Positions 51,555 through 64,000 of a stretch of 64,000 nucleotides of DNA are shown here, one piece after another. The notes beneath the pieces were generated by a model. It searched no databases. It worked only from the letters and a program-made list of their open reading frames with translations, and was not told where the DNA came from. The DNA lies in NCBI GenBank assembly GCA_051294905.1, contig CM119371.1, positions 13,270,001 to 13,334,000 of the forward strand, read 5' to 3'. Source of the stretch: Botryllus schlosseri. Lineage: Eukaryota. The position numbers were made by a program, and so were the translations under genes. Numbering within the stretch: the stretch's first letter is position 1; the number at the start of each line of letters is the position of its first letter.

Positions 51555-52316
51555 CGGTTGCCAGTAAACTCGCCCCAAAGTAAATTCGGCCCAGGCAAAT
51601 TCGGCCATTACATCAGTAAATTCGGCCCACCGAGAATATTGTATTATAATGTATTACCAACCGTTAACATGAATTAATTACACATTTATACTATTATTAA
51701 GTGATTTGGATGTCAGGGTATGCGTAGATCGCGTAATCACGGGAGATAGCGCGGATATTCACGGGGACCGAATTTACCGACGGCCGAATTCACCGGTCAA
51801 TTCACTGGTTACTCGGTCAATTCTGCCCTCGGAGAATTTTTCATCAAAATGTATTACCAACTATTAATGTGAATTAATTTCATAATTATATTATTATCAA
51901 GTGATTTGGAGAACAGGGTATGCGTATAAATATATATATGTATATATATATGCCGATGTTTACGGGGCCGAATTTACCGACATCCGAATTCAATCGGTAT
52001 ATTCGGCCCTCGGAGAACATTGTGTGAAATTGTATTACGAACTAATAATGTGTATTATTCTATTATATTACATAATTATAATATTATCAAGTGATTTGGA
52101 GGTTAGGGGTTAGGTTTAGGGTTAGGATTAGCGTTAGGGTTAGGATTAGGGTTAGGTTAGGGTTAGGATTAGGGTTAGGTTAGGTTAGGGTTAGGTTAGG
52201 TTAGGATTAGGGTTAGGGTTCAGGTTAGATAATGGTATTGTAACTGTTGTTGTTACTCTGGCCCTGGCCGAATTCGACGGGCCGAATTTACTTTGGGGCG
52301 AGTTTACTGGCAACCG
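51555..52316. mobile_element. TIR element carrying telomere-type (TTAGGG/TTAGG)n array at ~52101-52228
   Basis: 38-bp perfect TIR cggttgccagtaaactcgccccaaagtaaattcggccc; internal ~190-bp repeats; probable TSD gggctgt/ggcctgt. Confidence 0.85.
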
Positions 52317-52859
52317 GGCCTGTCATATTGAATCCAAAACATCATTCTGAAGAACTAAGAATAGCAGTCTTGGAAACTCGGTCTCGGTACAGCATAGGAG
52401 ATTTTGGCCTTGAAACTGGAGACTGTAACACGACACATGGTTTTATTACTGTCTATAGGTCTGCTGCGAAATCGCCTTTGGAAAATATATTACCTAATAT
52501 ATACGTGGATGAAAGCCATAAACTTAGTACACTGTTACATGACATCATCGGGAAGTAGCCTCATGGCCCTTTTCGGTATGGTACACTGTCAAAATTAATG
52601 CGAACAGACCGAATTTTGCGTATAATTTACTGAGAAATAGGCTGATCAAGTGATCAGCTGTTGGCCGACATCGAAAACGAAATAGCTATCGCGCTTGACA
52701 GGGGGTTGTAAGCAAATGGCTTGAAGGCCACAATTTCACGGTGAAATTGACATTGGATAATATAATATCAAAGTAAATATTTGAATGCAAATGAGAATGA
52801 TATCATCATCTCGTCACCTATCTCAGTATGGAACACAGTTAACGTTACCACAGATACAC

Positions 52860-53420
52860 CGGCTTTTGCGTGAAATCCGCAATGCGTTGTAGGCTAAAGT
52901 GTCAGATCAGAGCACATCTCTACCATATTCGACCTTGATAACGAAATTACTGCCCTAATCATTGAGTGTCAACCTTGAGACTTGGCACAGCGTTCGATAC
53001 TAAAATCAAAACACACCGTGCAGAAGCTCATGACAGATCTAGGTAAGGAGCATCGTTAAAATCAATAGAGACCAATACCAGCTTTGCGTAAAATCTGTTA
53101 GCGATAAATGACGAGTCAGCTCTCACTCGACATAGGAAACGAAATTAACACTAACATAGTTCAGTGACAAACTTAAAACTTGGTACAGCGTTCGATACTA
53201 ACATTAAGACTTGCCGTGCCAAATGTCATAACCGATCTCAGTATTGAACATAGTCAAAATCAATGGATACCAATACAGGCTTTCGAGTAAAATCTGTTTG
53301 CGATACATGACGGATCAGCACACACTCAACTTCGGAAACGGAATTACTACCCTAAACTTTAAGTAGAAACCCTGAAACTTGGAGCAATGTTAAATACCAC
53401 CATCACGACATGACATACCA
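52860..53420. repeat. ~198-bp tandem repeat, ~3 diverged units
   Basis: cttgg(c/t)acagcgttcgatacta at 52981 and 53179, degenerate copy at 53378. Confidence 0.65.
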
Positions 53421-56400
53421 AGTTTCAAGAGTTTTCATGGTGTGAAACACCATCAAAATCGACCTATACCAGCAAAGGTCGACTAAACGCATATGACGGT
53501 AACCGAGTTCAGATATAGATACGATTGTTACATCACACCTTAGGGGCACAGACCTATTGAGCCCCGGTTGCTCGGTAATTTTATGAATAGGAGAGAGTAA
53601 ATCAACGTTTCTTTATTGTACGTGGCTTTGAGAGAATAGACAGTGAAAGCTTGTTATGAGCGCTACCGGGGCATGCCCCGGCTAGGCATTCGCAAAGCGA
53701 AAACACGGATGAGAATTCGATTTTCGCAGAGACTTCGCTATATATGGGCATTTACAAGCGAAAGGACAAGAAGAATACGATTTTCGCTGTGATTTCGGTA
53801 TATATAGATTGTTGTACGTGTATAAATGGTAAAGAATTGTTATTGAACAGAATTTTAGGTGGGGCAATGCCCCAGTTGCCCTATAGGACGAGCCGCCACT
53901 GGAAATTATCAACTTCCACTCTCAACCTTGTTTATCAACAGGAGTTGTACCCGCTCAGACGCCAGCCTGCCACACGCCTAACGACGCTCTGTGGCTGAGG
54001 CTCTGTGTGGCGGGTTGGCGTATGAACTGGTGCTTGTCGTCCAGCATTTTCTGACGCTAGTGCTCTATAGCAGTGGTTCATAACCATGCCTTCAACACCC
54101 CACGGGGCGATTTTAAAATTTAAAACAAACATGTTTAGAACAAGGCCCTTGTTTAAAATATGTTATTTATTGTTTTTGTGACGTCAGTAATATTTAATGG
54201 TGACGCCATAGTGGATTGGCATTCACAATTGAAAATATAGGGTAAATATAGCACCTTTGACGAAATATCTACGTACTATAGCTGTTGAACCGACTATTTT
54301 GAGGGTTCCAGCCATCCCATATCGTATACGTCGGCTGTATCGGGTGATAATTGTCCGCAGGCTCATACAACATGTTTTCTTGAAAGTATTGACACAATTA
54401 TGGCATAATTTTATAACTTGGAAAGGCCTTTGTTTAAAACACTGTATAAAACATGTTTTAAACAAAGTGTTTTAAACAACCATTTGTTTTAAATGCAACC
54501 CTAGGAGCGCTGCGTTGCTATAATTACAATTACTTTCAGTATAGTTGAATTTCGCGCGGAGCATTGGATAATCTGATATTTTGGCGTTCGACTTCTGAAT
54601 AATGAGGATATTAAAACGCCACGGGGTGTATCTAATTTGTACATGTTGACGTTTGGCATCGGATCGTGCGTTCACACGCCAAACGTCACGTACGGACTCG
54701 GCCGCAGGGAGGCGCTTGACGTGCGGTGGGTTGGCGTTTAAAGGGTTCAACCGTATCTCAGACGTTGTGCTAAGGACGTTGTGATAATGTTATTTCCAAT
54801 CACTGTACCAACAGAACGTTTTCGTGATCCCAATCAGATGAAGATATGGCCAGTATCCATCACAACCCATGGAGCTTTTCTAGATTTCGAAGGATTTTAA
54901 AGGCCAATATGCTGATGTCGGAACATGCTTGCCTATCGCGGCAATGGGTGTTCGTCATACGAGGAAATTGTGATTCTAGCGCAATCATAACAATACCGCA
55001 TTCATGATTGGAGCTTGGCGATATTGGCATTACTACATATTCTGTAACTAAAAGTCTTAGCATAAATCGTTCGACGATTTCCGAAATCTGTGGTGATCAC
55101 GTTCTCTTTGTGAAATAGTCACCAAAAGTTGCTTATGGACAGAATTGAGTGGATGTGGCATTTTCATATGTCTATTCCGCATCAAGTGCAAGGTAAGATT
55201 ATGCATCCACTTCGTATCATGTCTAAAACTCTAAATTCGAGTTCATATCGCGTGAATGATTATATGATTTATTCAAAACTCGCATCGATAGAAATGCCAT
55301 TACCATATTCAAATCCATTTTATTTCATATTTCTAATCTAAATATGGCCAAAATGTTCGAATCCGTCTCTTTCAAGCCCGAAGCCGTGCGTATAGTATAT
55401 GCTCATTGGTCATATTTGCCACAACAAGGCATTATGGTATCGTCACTTGTCCGTATGATTCCAATGATTTCCACAAATGGGAAATCATATACTGAGCTCG
55501 ACACCTGATGCAGTACTTCATCTTTGGTGTAAGAAATATTTCGGGATGTCGTAACAATCGAAATCTCATTTTTATGCTATGATGATTCTGGGAATTTAAA
55601 TCTCCATTTCGCGAACGTAAACATATCGTACCGCATGACATATTCGCGAGGTCAGGCAGTTAATATGGTTACTGCAATGTGGTTACCATCACGATCAGTG
55701 CTTCTTAACGCTTTTAGATCTCGTATCCCTTGAGCTGCCATCAAAACTTGTCGTACCCCTGTCCATCATCGGAACAGCACTTTTTCAGGACGACTCCAAG
55801 CGCTTGTCGTGAGCATCCATAGGGTCATGACTCGAGTCGTTACAACCCTGGAACCATTGAAAGATTAAGGTTCGTGTGAGTGCGAACCTTTTCGAAAAGT
55901 TCTGTGTGAACGTGAACGTGAGCTTATGAAGTCACGTGACGACATATTGCTAATTCCAACACTGCATTTCAGTGAAGTGACATACAAGATACCTAGCGAC
56001 GACCCCGGCCACATCATGCCACAATGCTGAAGTACATGCTGACTTTTTAAGCATCACCGACTGTATCAATTGGAGTTATTCAATGCTATAATATTCCCAT
56101 AAAATCAATATCTTCCATCGCTTTGCCATCAACGACGAGGACTTGCAAGGGAATATAGCTTACGCCTTAACGTTCTAGGCCAGACCTGACAATGTATTCT
56201 GAGTCTTGACTATCGCTACACGGATATGGAGCAGAGTGTTAACGGGCTTCTGTACTTGCTACCGATATTACCCCATAAACATGGTTATACAGTAGCTAAC
56301 ACCCCAATCGCACGAATTTGAGTTTTATGATACGGCAGTAAACATCTCAAATCAAGATTGATCCCGTACGCCAGCTAGATTTTTTACATTAGACGACGAG

Positions 56401-57414
56401 ATATTCTTTATATAAATTGCATTGATTGATTGAATAAGCATCATTCGCTGACTACCTGCATGTGGTGTGCTTCATTCTTGATGTGTGATTGTGGGTCAAG
56501 GTCACAGCAGAGGGTTAATAAGTATTCACAAACAGAAAACTGAATATTTCGAGCAAACTTTTGCAACAAAGCAAGTAAAATTTTTCAACATTGATAAGGT
56601 GCATGCTCGTTTAGTGTGGATTTTTTTTGTTGCCAGCTCCACGTTTAGATAGGTCCTATAGTTGAAATGCAAATAATTGTAACCAACGATGATTTAATGA
56701 CATGACAAATTGTAATACATGAAAAAGGTTCACAGTGCAGAACATACCACGGTTCGTTTGTGAACGTGATTTTCTATAAAATTCCGAGGTTCACACACAG
56801 AACGCGAGCGTGAACCTCACGTTCATACCATCCCTACTTTGCAACGTGGAAGCGAGTATTTTAGTTTCATAAATTGTGCAGGTAGAAGTAGAAGTAGTTT
56901 ACAATCGCAACCACATAAGCAGCTAGCTTCAAAACTGTTCACGTAGAATTCGAAATAGTCTGAAATCGTAAACACTAGTCAGTAGTGGTATGCAGACAAA
57001 TTGTTACAGCTGGTGAGCTTGAATCAGGGGTGAGCAAACCCTGGTATACGGGATGATTTCCAATGAGACGCCAAAGGATCCCGAGCGTAGGATGTGCTTT
57101 TATAACTTCAAACGACAGTCTAAACGATTTATTTCTCAAAATGGAAAATCAGAACGTCCGTTTAATTGGAACTCATCAGCTACGGTTTTGCCAGCGAGCC
57201 ACATAGTCCTTCGAGCGACTACGACACAGGACCGTCCACTGCTGAAGTTAATAATTCAAATCTGTCCGCATATCTCAACGTACTACGTCGTAGGCTACGG
57301 CAAGTATGACACCCCCGTTAAACCTAACAATGAGTCATTTCATCACTACCCGCACTCTGGATACAGTATAGGTTTAGGCACTGCAACATGGATACATTTT
57401 GCTGACAATAACTT

Positions 57415-57420
57415 TTTATT
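57415..57420 (-). terminator. Gene B polyadenylation signal AATAAA
   Basis: 100 nt after the stop, homologous to 8375-8380. Confidence 0.65.
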
Positions 57421-57519
57421 TCCGGGTAAATGTGTTAGTTTCAATAAATTCGAAAGAGAAATATAATTCCTATGGTCTTCATAGTCTCATGCATCGAATT
57501 TCCCATCTCGTTCAATATT

Positions 57520-57527
57520 TCAAAGGC
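57520..57527 (-). CDS. Gene B terminal coding micro-exon (R-L-stop)
   Basis: tttattacag|GC CTT TGA, homologous to 8481-8488. Confidence 0.7.
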
Positions 57528-60500
57528 CTGTAATAAATTGGGAACGTTAAATGCGGTGTGTAAATTACATATTCGAAAAATGGCATTAAATTGAGTTATT
57601 TTACCGCAGACAATTTTGGTATATTTATTATTTCGCTGCATCATGTGATATTAACCTATCAAATTGATAGTTTGCGTTCCTGTACAGTGTACATTGCCAA
57701 TATAATTACTCTTTTGAAGTAGTGAGATATTTCACCCATTGAAGGGGCCACAGAGATTGGCGTTACATTATTACCGAGGTTAAATCAAATCGTTGTTGAT
57801 GTTTCAACAGATTAATGCTATGATGGCGCATTGGTTTCATCGCCAGGTAACTATCTGAATTCCAATAATAACAAGTGATGCAAATATGCAAATACCTACT
57901 TGATAATATACAGAATGTAAACAGTGAGTTGGACGGCTTAGACTACTGAATCAGAAAGGCAAGTAATCTATAACGCCACAGCATGACTGTAACGGGTAAG
58001 ATTAAAAAATAGATTGAACTAAATCACATTTAGCATTAGGGATCATATTACGCGGAAGACGATCATGCCTTAAACGATGTGTCCACAAGGGCGTCTCGTT
58101 TGCATTTATGTCCCCGACGACGCGTTGCTGTGATACTTACGGATGCATTTTGGCAGTTTAGCCATCCAGTTGCCGCCACGACCGCAAGACACTTGCTGAT
58201 ACGCTTTATCGAGTTTGTATCCGCGACTGCAGTAAAACGTGATCTTTTCCCCGTATGAGTAGGAGTATTTATTCCCCGGGTAGAAGAAGGCGTACGAATA
58301 GGGACGGGGAACGACACAGTTTTCTGGAATACGAATATACAGTAATACGATCAGAGAATTTGATTTTGATCAACTATATAGAATGATTATTTGCGGTCAA
58401 CGAATATCACGCCACTAGCAAATAATTTCGGTAAACTAAACCCACAATATTATACTCTTTAAATTATTTCGGAGATCATAATCCAGTGGTATTCGACCAC
58501 TTCTACCGTTCGTCAGCAAGATAACCCGGGCGTAGAGAGTAGCAGCCGTACTCAATTGCTTTGTACTGCCCACTACGGCATTTATTATGGCGATGCATCG
58601 TGTTTTCACTTTTTTTGGTACTGTGTGACTGCATCGGCAGCTGGGGGCGTTAATGAAGCCTCTGCAGAAGCTGTTACATAGTGGTTCATCATCTATATGA
58701 GAGGATCATTTATGCAGTCTCGTAATAGTGGTACTTAGAATACTTGGTTTGCTATATATGAGCGATTGAGCATGGATATCGTATAAAGTCAAAATTGTGT
58801 TGTCTTCATAATTATGTGCAACGCTATTCTTGCATACATTATAAATACGCAGTCCGTTGTTTCGCCATTGAAGGTTAAAACACGGCGATCTAGATATTGA
58901 TTTACTTCCAGATTAAGCAATCACTACTTCAGACGGAAGCTTAAAACATCCCACACCGTTTGTCAATAAAGGATTATATTGATCCAAATTAACGCTTGTT
59001 TATAAGTTCAATTAATCGAACAGCTGCTTATTGAGGCTTGCAATTTCACTTATATTTACAACTGGTTTGCTTTTAGTCGATTATAGTTTCAACTTGTCTC
59101 ATTGCTTTTAATGCGGTATCAAAATAACTTACTGTTGCACATCGGGGCCTTGTTATCCCAGTTTCCGTCATCCATACATGTCATATAGGAATACCTGGAA
59201 CCGTGGTACGACATTTGGTATTCAGACTTGCAGCGGTATTGCACTCGCTCGCCCTTGAGGTAGTACATTTTCATTGGATAGTAGTATCCGGACATAACAT
59301 CGTCTCCCATGCAGTACTCTGTTAAAGGATTTAGCTCTTGTAAATGATGTAATGAGTTGTTTAACAAACCTAAGCTAGTCTATTTTACTTTTCACTAACA
59401 GCACAACCGATCAAGTATGATGATATTACCACGTAGGTCAATTCACCCCATAGATATACTGCGCTCTGTGTCCCCATAAACAGAACGTTATCAAAAAGAG
59501 CAGCATCAAATTGAGGGGCATGACGAAATGAATAGAATTGTTGAAAATTGATTTGGATTTCAAGATTTCGTCAATATTTGAATCACAAGAAACTGTATAT
59601 GCATTTCGGCTGATAGAATTTTATATTCTTTCTCATTTTCATAAAGTGTCTGACCGAATATGAGTTAATCGCGGACCGCAGTAGGTTTTGGACATGATAT
59701 GAAACCTATTCGGGAGGGTGATTTAAAAATATGAAATATGTTCCCTACAAAGCTACTATATAGTGAACCAAGAGTGAATTGCAGAATGTAGAAACTTACT
59801 CTTGCACTTCTGCGGCTCGCCGTCCCAGTTTCCGTCCTTCATACACTTCGCGTGTTTACGGTAGTTGGCAGGGGCGTAATATCCGTAATCGCATTCAAAC
59901 TTGACGTATTCTCCTTCCATGTATCGCATCTTGTAATACGCCATGTGGTTGTAGTCGTGGTGATCTGGCACTTTGCAGTATTCTGAAATTATATTTCATT
60001 TAGCGTGGCAACGTACATGAAAGCGGATGGGGAAAAATTGAATAAGCTGCATATGTAACCTACATAATTATTTGATAACCGTAACTCGATTTGCTTTCTT
60101 TGCGACACCTAACACTTAGTAGTCGAAGCCTCTTAGGACAATTGGTGACATATGAAGAACAGTGTGGTAAAGGACTATACCAACTTGTGACGCAAATACC
60201 ATCTCCTTCCTAGAATATGTTATATTAGTTCCGAAAAGCGTCTATTGTTTTCCACTACAGTATCTGCCATGATGCCGTAACATGAACGCTGAATTTTACC
60301 CATGAAGCTAGAAATTCCATCATAAGTAGAATATCTGGTAGATTAGTAGTAAGTAGCACAACTTTCGTCAATCAACTACACGCACGGATGGTGGCGAGAT
60401 AGCGTAGTGGTTGAACCCACAGCTCACTACTGCTACACGAATGGGTTGCTAGTTCGATTCCGACCGAGGTCGAATCCAGAATTCCTAGCTAAGTGTTGAA

Positions 60501-63500
60501 GTTTTTTCTAGGTTCATCCTCGCCATATGATTCTCGTAAACGGTGTCTTATAAAAGACGAAAAGTGGGTCGTGCTACAAGTGGGCAGATACGGAATAAAA
60601 ATGAAGAAAATTGGCCTGGTGTAAATGACCATAGTAGTCGTAAAACACCATGAAATTTACCACAACAAACACGCACGGATAAGATCTTGGACACGAACAT
60701 ATAAACTTGGTGCGACAATTGGGTAGGATATAAGTGCTTTCATTCAACATCGCAAAATATTACTGGTAGGCATCCTTTTGCATTTCGGTAATTTGTCCCA
60801 ATTGCCGTCCATCTGGCAGGAAGAGTAATATTTCGTCATCATTCCTTCGTCGTACTTGTAATACCCTGGTTTGCACTTGACGTATATCTTGTCGTTGTTG
60901 TCGTAGTATTTCATCTCGGGCTCGTAGTAGCCGTGTTCTACCATCGGCGGGGAGCAATATTCTGAGAAAGAAGTTATTCTTAGTTGATCAGGAATTTTAT
61001 GACTTCGGTTCCACAAAACGACCCTCGTAGTTGATTCCTATTTGATCATTGATTGCCATGATTTCAATATGCGATAAATCTAGAGTTTTCATGTTTACCT
61101 GAGGTAATCCCTTGTTCATACCATAACTATGATAACACCTAGAATTGTCATTTTATTCGAGCCCGTGATTTCAACTGTAAGAATCTTCAACTCGTTGGAT
61201 GATTAAAACAGGGAGATGCATATCATATATAGTTTTCGACAACCAATTAAGAAGTTCTTTCGAATAATACCTGGGAGTCTACTTTCATCAAAATATACCA
61301 ACCTACTTTCTACCATCAGAAGCAGCTCATGCATCATCTAAATTGAGTACATTGAGCTTAAGCGAAATCTTCGCCCCGATTATCATCCGCATTTTCATGC
61401 CTGTGACGTCAAACTAGGTGATAGTATTGTTGATATGCTGTGTTCATTCTACTTCTCCACTATGTCATAACTATGTCATATTTGTCATTTTTGTGTCATA
61501 ATGACAAATAATTGACTGGTAATCGAACCGTTCAGGTAGGTACTGAGATACCATAAGATTTGGGTGGCTGGGCAAAATCGATTACCTGACTGATTCGATT
61601 CTGAAACGAGTGTTGGGCTTCGGGTGGATTATTTGAGTATCACTTTTTATGACATTTCAGCTATACGTTTACAATGTGCGTACTCTATACCCCATGAATT
61701 TTTGTAGCTGACTATGGTTATTCGATACATACTTTTACCGATCTTCATACACTTGGGTTGCTTCCGAGTCCATTTTCCATCTCTACCACAGTAGTTGTAG
61801 ACGTACGAGTTATCATCATAGGACTTGAGTCGGTATCCAATGGCACACTGGTAATACACTCTGTCACCCGGTTTGTAACTAGCCTTCATCGGTGAATAGA
61901 CGCCGTACTGTACCATCATATGCATGCAAGACCCTGTAAACGATATAATGATATTTAGCGTCAAGAGACATTGGGCTAGGGTTTGGGTGATTAAGATCAG
62001 TATTGCATCCTACAACGGTTAATATCTGGAAATGGATCTACTCCAAGTTGCGCTACCTCAGTACATGTGGCCTGAAAGTAGCGGTGTCTAAGACGTGTCA
62101 AAGTACTCCAAGTTGAATTAGAAATGAAAGTTTTGAAAAGTATTCAAGGTTCAAAACGCAGACTAGATCAAAGCGTCAAATGCTTGTAGTAGATTAGCGT
62201 ATTTGGTGGCTGATAGTGATCATCACTCAAGGTAAGATGTCACAGTATGTGTTTAACATTATAAACGCTCCATACATAGAATAATGCTTCATACCTGCTG
62301 TTATCTTCTTGCACATTGGCGGCTTCATGTCCCACATGCCATCCTTTCCACAAGTCGCATACCGATAGTATTTGCCTTCGTAGTACTTGTAATATCCCTC
62401 GTTACACTTGAAACGGAGTTGGTTGCCGACGGAGTAGTCTTTCTTGTTTGGCTTGAGTGTGCCGTGTTCGAATTTCGGCATTTTGCAGTACACTGTTATC
62501 GTAAAATACAAGTCACGCCTTCAGCAATATGGAATGCCTTCGTAAAACATCGGGTAAGACTTAGCAAGAAAACATACACATTTGATCAAATTATTCAGTA
62601 ATATTTTGGTTGTCGAGTAAGTGTAGCAATACTTGCGTAGTAAAGGTTGCAGGATGTTGACTCGATATGGAGTAGCAATTTCCGATTATATATGTTACCG
62701 GACCGTCAAATCCATTAACGGGCAAAGCATTTGGTGTCTTGTTGTAAGACCGAAAGTTGAAGGAGCACTGCGCTCAAAAAATGATGTGGTCTCAAATTGA
62801 AGGGCAAAACGAAAAAATAAATTTGGCGGCGGCAGTCACGCAGAGAACGAACTTTAGACATATTTTCTTCATAACATCGGCTGACGACTATATAAAGTTC
62901 GTTCTCTGCGTGACTGCGTTATCGCGTCCAGCAAGTGCGACGGTGAAGACATCGTGCCATGTAACGGGTTAACCAGCCGCGGCAGCTAGAGCGTGAAGAT
63001 CCTGTGGAAATTTCAATAAATTGCAGCTTCATTACGGTGGCGTTCTGAAGAAAATGGCTGCGGCCCTTCAATTTGAGACCATATCATTTTTGAGCGCAGT
63101 GCCCCTTTAATACTGTTAACACTCTTCGTTCGGCACTTGGTGTATATCTCACTAATTGCATAACAAATTTCCTCATCGAATTTAGCCAATGGAAATATTC
63201 ACAAACAAGGACGCGGTATCTCAGTATTGTATAATCTAACAGCGGAAAATAAAATTTTGCTGCATTTTAGCCGATACAAATTTTGCCAGAACGATTTATG
63301 GTTTCGACTCGTACTGAGTGAGTTATATTTTAGGTATAAGAGTGTATTATGTTACATTTCGGTCTTGTGTCAAATAATACTGATTTCGACTATACGATTA
63401 AAAATTAAATGCATAACTTGACATGACCGTTAAAATAATCGCAATACATTCAGTCTACGGTAACGTTATACTGGCTAACCATTAGACGAGAAGAGCACAG

Positions 63501-64000
63501 ATTCAGTTTTTTTAGGGACCGCGTTCCAAAATCTACACGGGATAAGGATTCAGAATTTTTTGAGAAATTGGATTTGGTAATGAAATTTTCAGTTATATGA
63601 AATATCCTTGTTATTATTACTTACTCAATGTGCGGGAATATTCTCGGATTATAGTTTCGATTAACAATAGTTTAACCACTGATGACTCTCTGGTAATACT
63701 TCCATCAACCTACGTTTCTTCATATCCATGCACTTGGGTGATTTGTACTTCCATTTCCCGTCCATACAAACGTTATATTCGTATTCTTCTCCTCTGTACA
63801 TTTTCTTGAATCCCCTGGCACATTGGTAATAAAGCTTCGAGCCTTGTTGATATCGTTCAAACATCGGCCAGTATGATCCATAATAGAATTCCGGCGCGTA
63901 GCAATAGTCTGTAAACAGTGGGAACAATGTATAGTACACCCAGGTAATTTAAATGGGCGCCAAACATACTCATCATCACTTTCTTGCACATCGGTGGTTT
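57520..64000 (-). CDS. Gene B (3' part, truncated by window edge): tandem paralogue of gene A, CCP12-19 plus terminal exon
   Basis: Same exon order and identical exon lengths as gene A CCP13-19, high amino-acid identity, alignable introns. Confidence 0.9.
58141..58323 (-). CDS. Gene B CCP19' (NCVVPRPYSYAFFYPGNKYSYSYGEKITFYCSRGYKLDKAYQQVSCGRGGNWMAKLPKCI)
   Basis: 183 nt, hand-translated (the ORF track shows another frame). Confidence 0.9.
59133..59318 (-). CDS. Gene B CCP18'
   Basis: 186 nt, ag / gtaagt. Confidence 0.9.
59800..59982 (-). CDS. Gene B CCP17'
   Basis: 183 nt, ag / gtaagt. Confidence 0.9.
60390..60668 (+). mobile_element. tRNA-derived SINE with 12-bp TSD in a gene B intron
   Basis: A-box tagcgtagtgg, B-box gttcgattcc; TSD acacgcacggat on both sides; absent from the homologous gene A intron (~17280). 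Confidence 0.75.
60764..60961 (-). CDS. Gene B CCP16'
   Basis: 198 nt, ag / gtaata. Confidence 0.9.
61733..61933 (-). CDS. Gene B CCP15'
   Basis: 201 nt, ag / gtatgt. Confidence 0.9.
62295..62492 (-). CDS. Gene B CCP14'
   Basis: 198 nt, ag / gtatga. Confidence 0.9.
62761..63106. mobile_element. TTAA-site MITE (Kolobok/piggyBac-like)
   Basis: ~45-bp TIR agg(a/g)gcactgcgctcaaaaa...tctcaaattgaagggc; flanks ttga/ttaa. Confidence 0.65.
63714..63908 (-). CDS. Gene B CCP13'
   Basis: 195 nt; 3 aa differences from A CCP13. Confidence 0.9.
63970..64000 (-). CDS. Gene B CCP12' (partial, ...KPPMCKKVMM)
   Basis: gtatgt donor; homologous to the end of A CCP12. Confidence 0.8.

Noticed and set aside
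54780..55680. Possible decayed glycosyltransferase-like coding relic on the minus strand
   Set aside because: Only scattered words in different frames; cannot be supported without a search.
57763..57854. Alternative terminal exon for gene B (HSYLAMKPMR...*)
   Set aside because: The acceptor AG is not conserved at the homologous position in gene A (ttcac).
8481..64000. One giant gene with an internal duplication, or a Dscam-like mutually exclusive exon array
   Set aside because: Gene B has its own stop and polyA signal and gene A its own signal exon and TATA candidate; consecutive exons join in frame without needing exclusion.

Overview
Eukaryotic (animal) genomic DNA, AT-rich and dense in non-autonomous DNA transposons. 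It resembles a marine invertebrate such as an ascidian, but the taxon is a guess. Read by hand, the minus strand carries one apparently complete 21-exon gene (gene A, 47540->8481). It consists of a signal-peptide exon, 19 single-domain CCP/sushi/SCR exons (all phase 1-1, all lengths multiples of 3, GT-AG boundaries) and an 8-nt terminal exon. The predicted product is a ~1237-aa secreted protein made only of CCP modules, a factor H-like architecture, but with extreme Tyr/Lys/Met enrichment and an extended Tyr-rich loop in the central modules. The 3' end of a tandem paralogue (gene B, >64000->57520) lies upstream on the same strand, with identical exon sizes, stop position and polyA spacing. Gene A introns are swollen by stacks of nested hAT-type MITEs with intact 8-bp TSDs. 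Other features include a 28S rRNA relic inside a MITE, a MITE carrying telomere-type repeats, a 667-bp foldback palindrome, tRNA-derived SINEs and transposase fragments. Most ORFs in the supplied track are spurious or are antisense shadows of the CCP exons.
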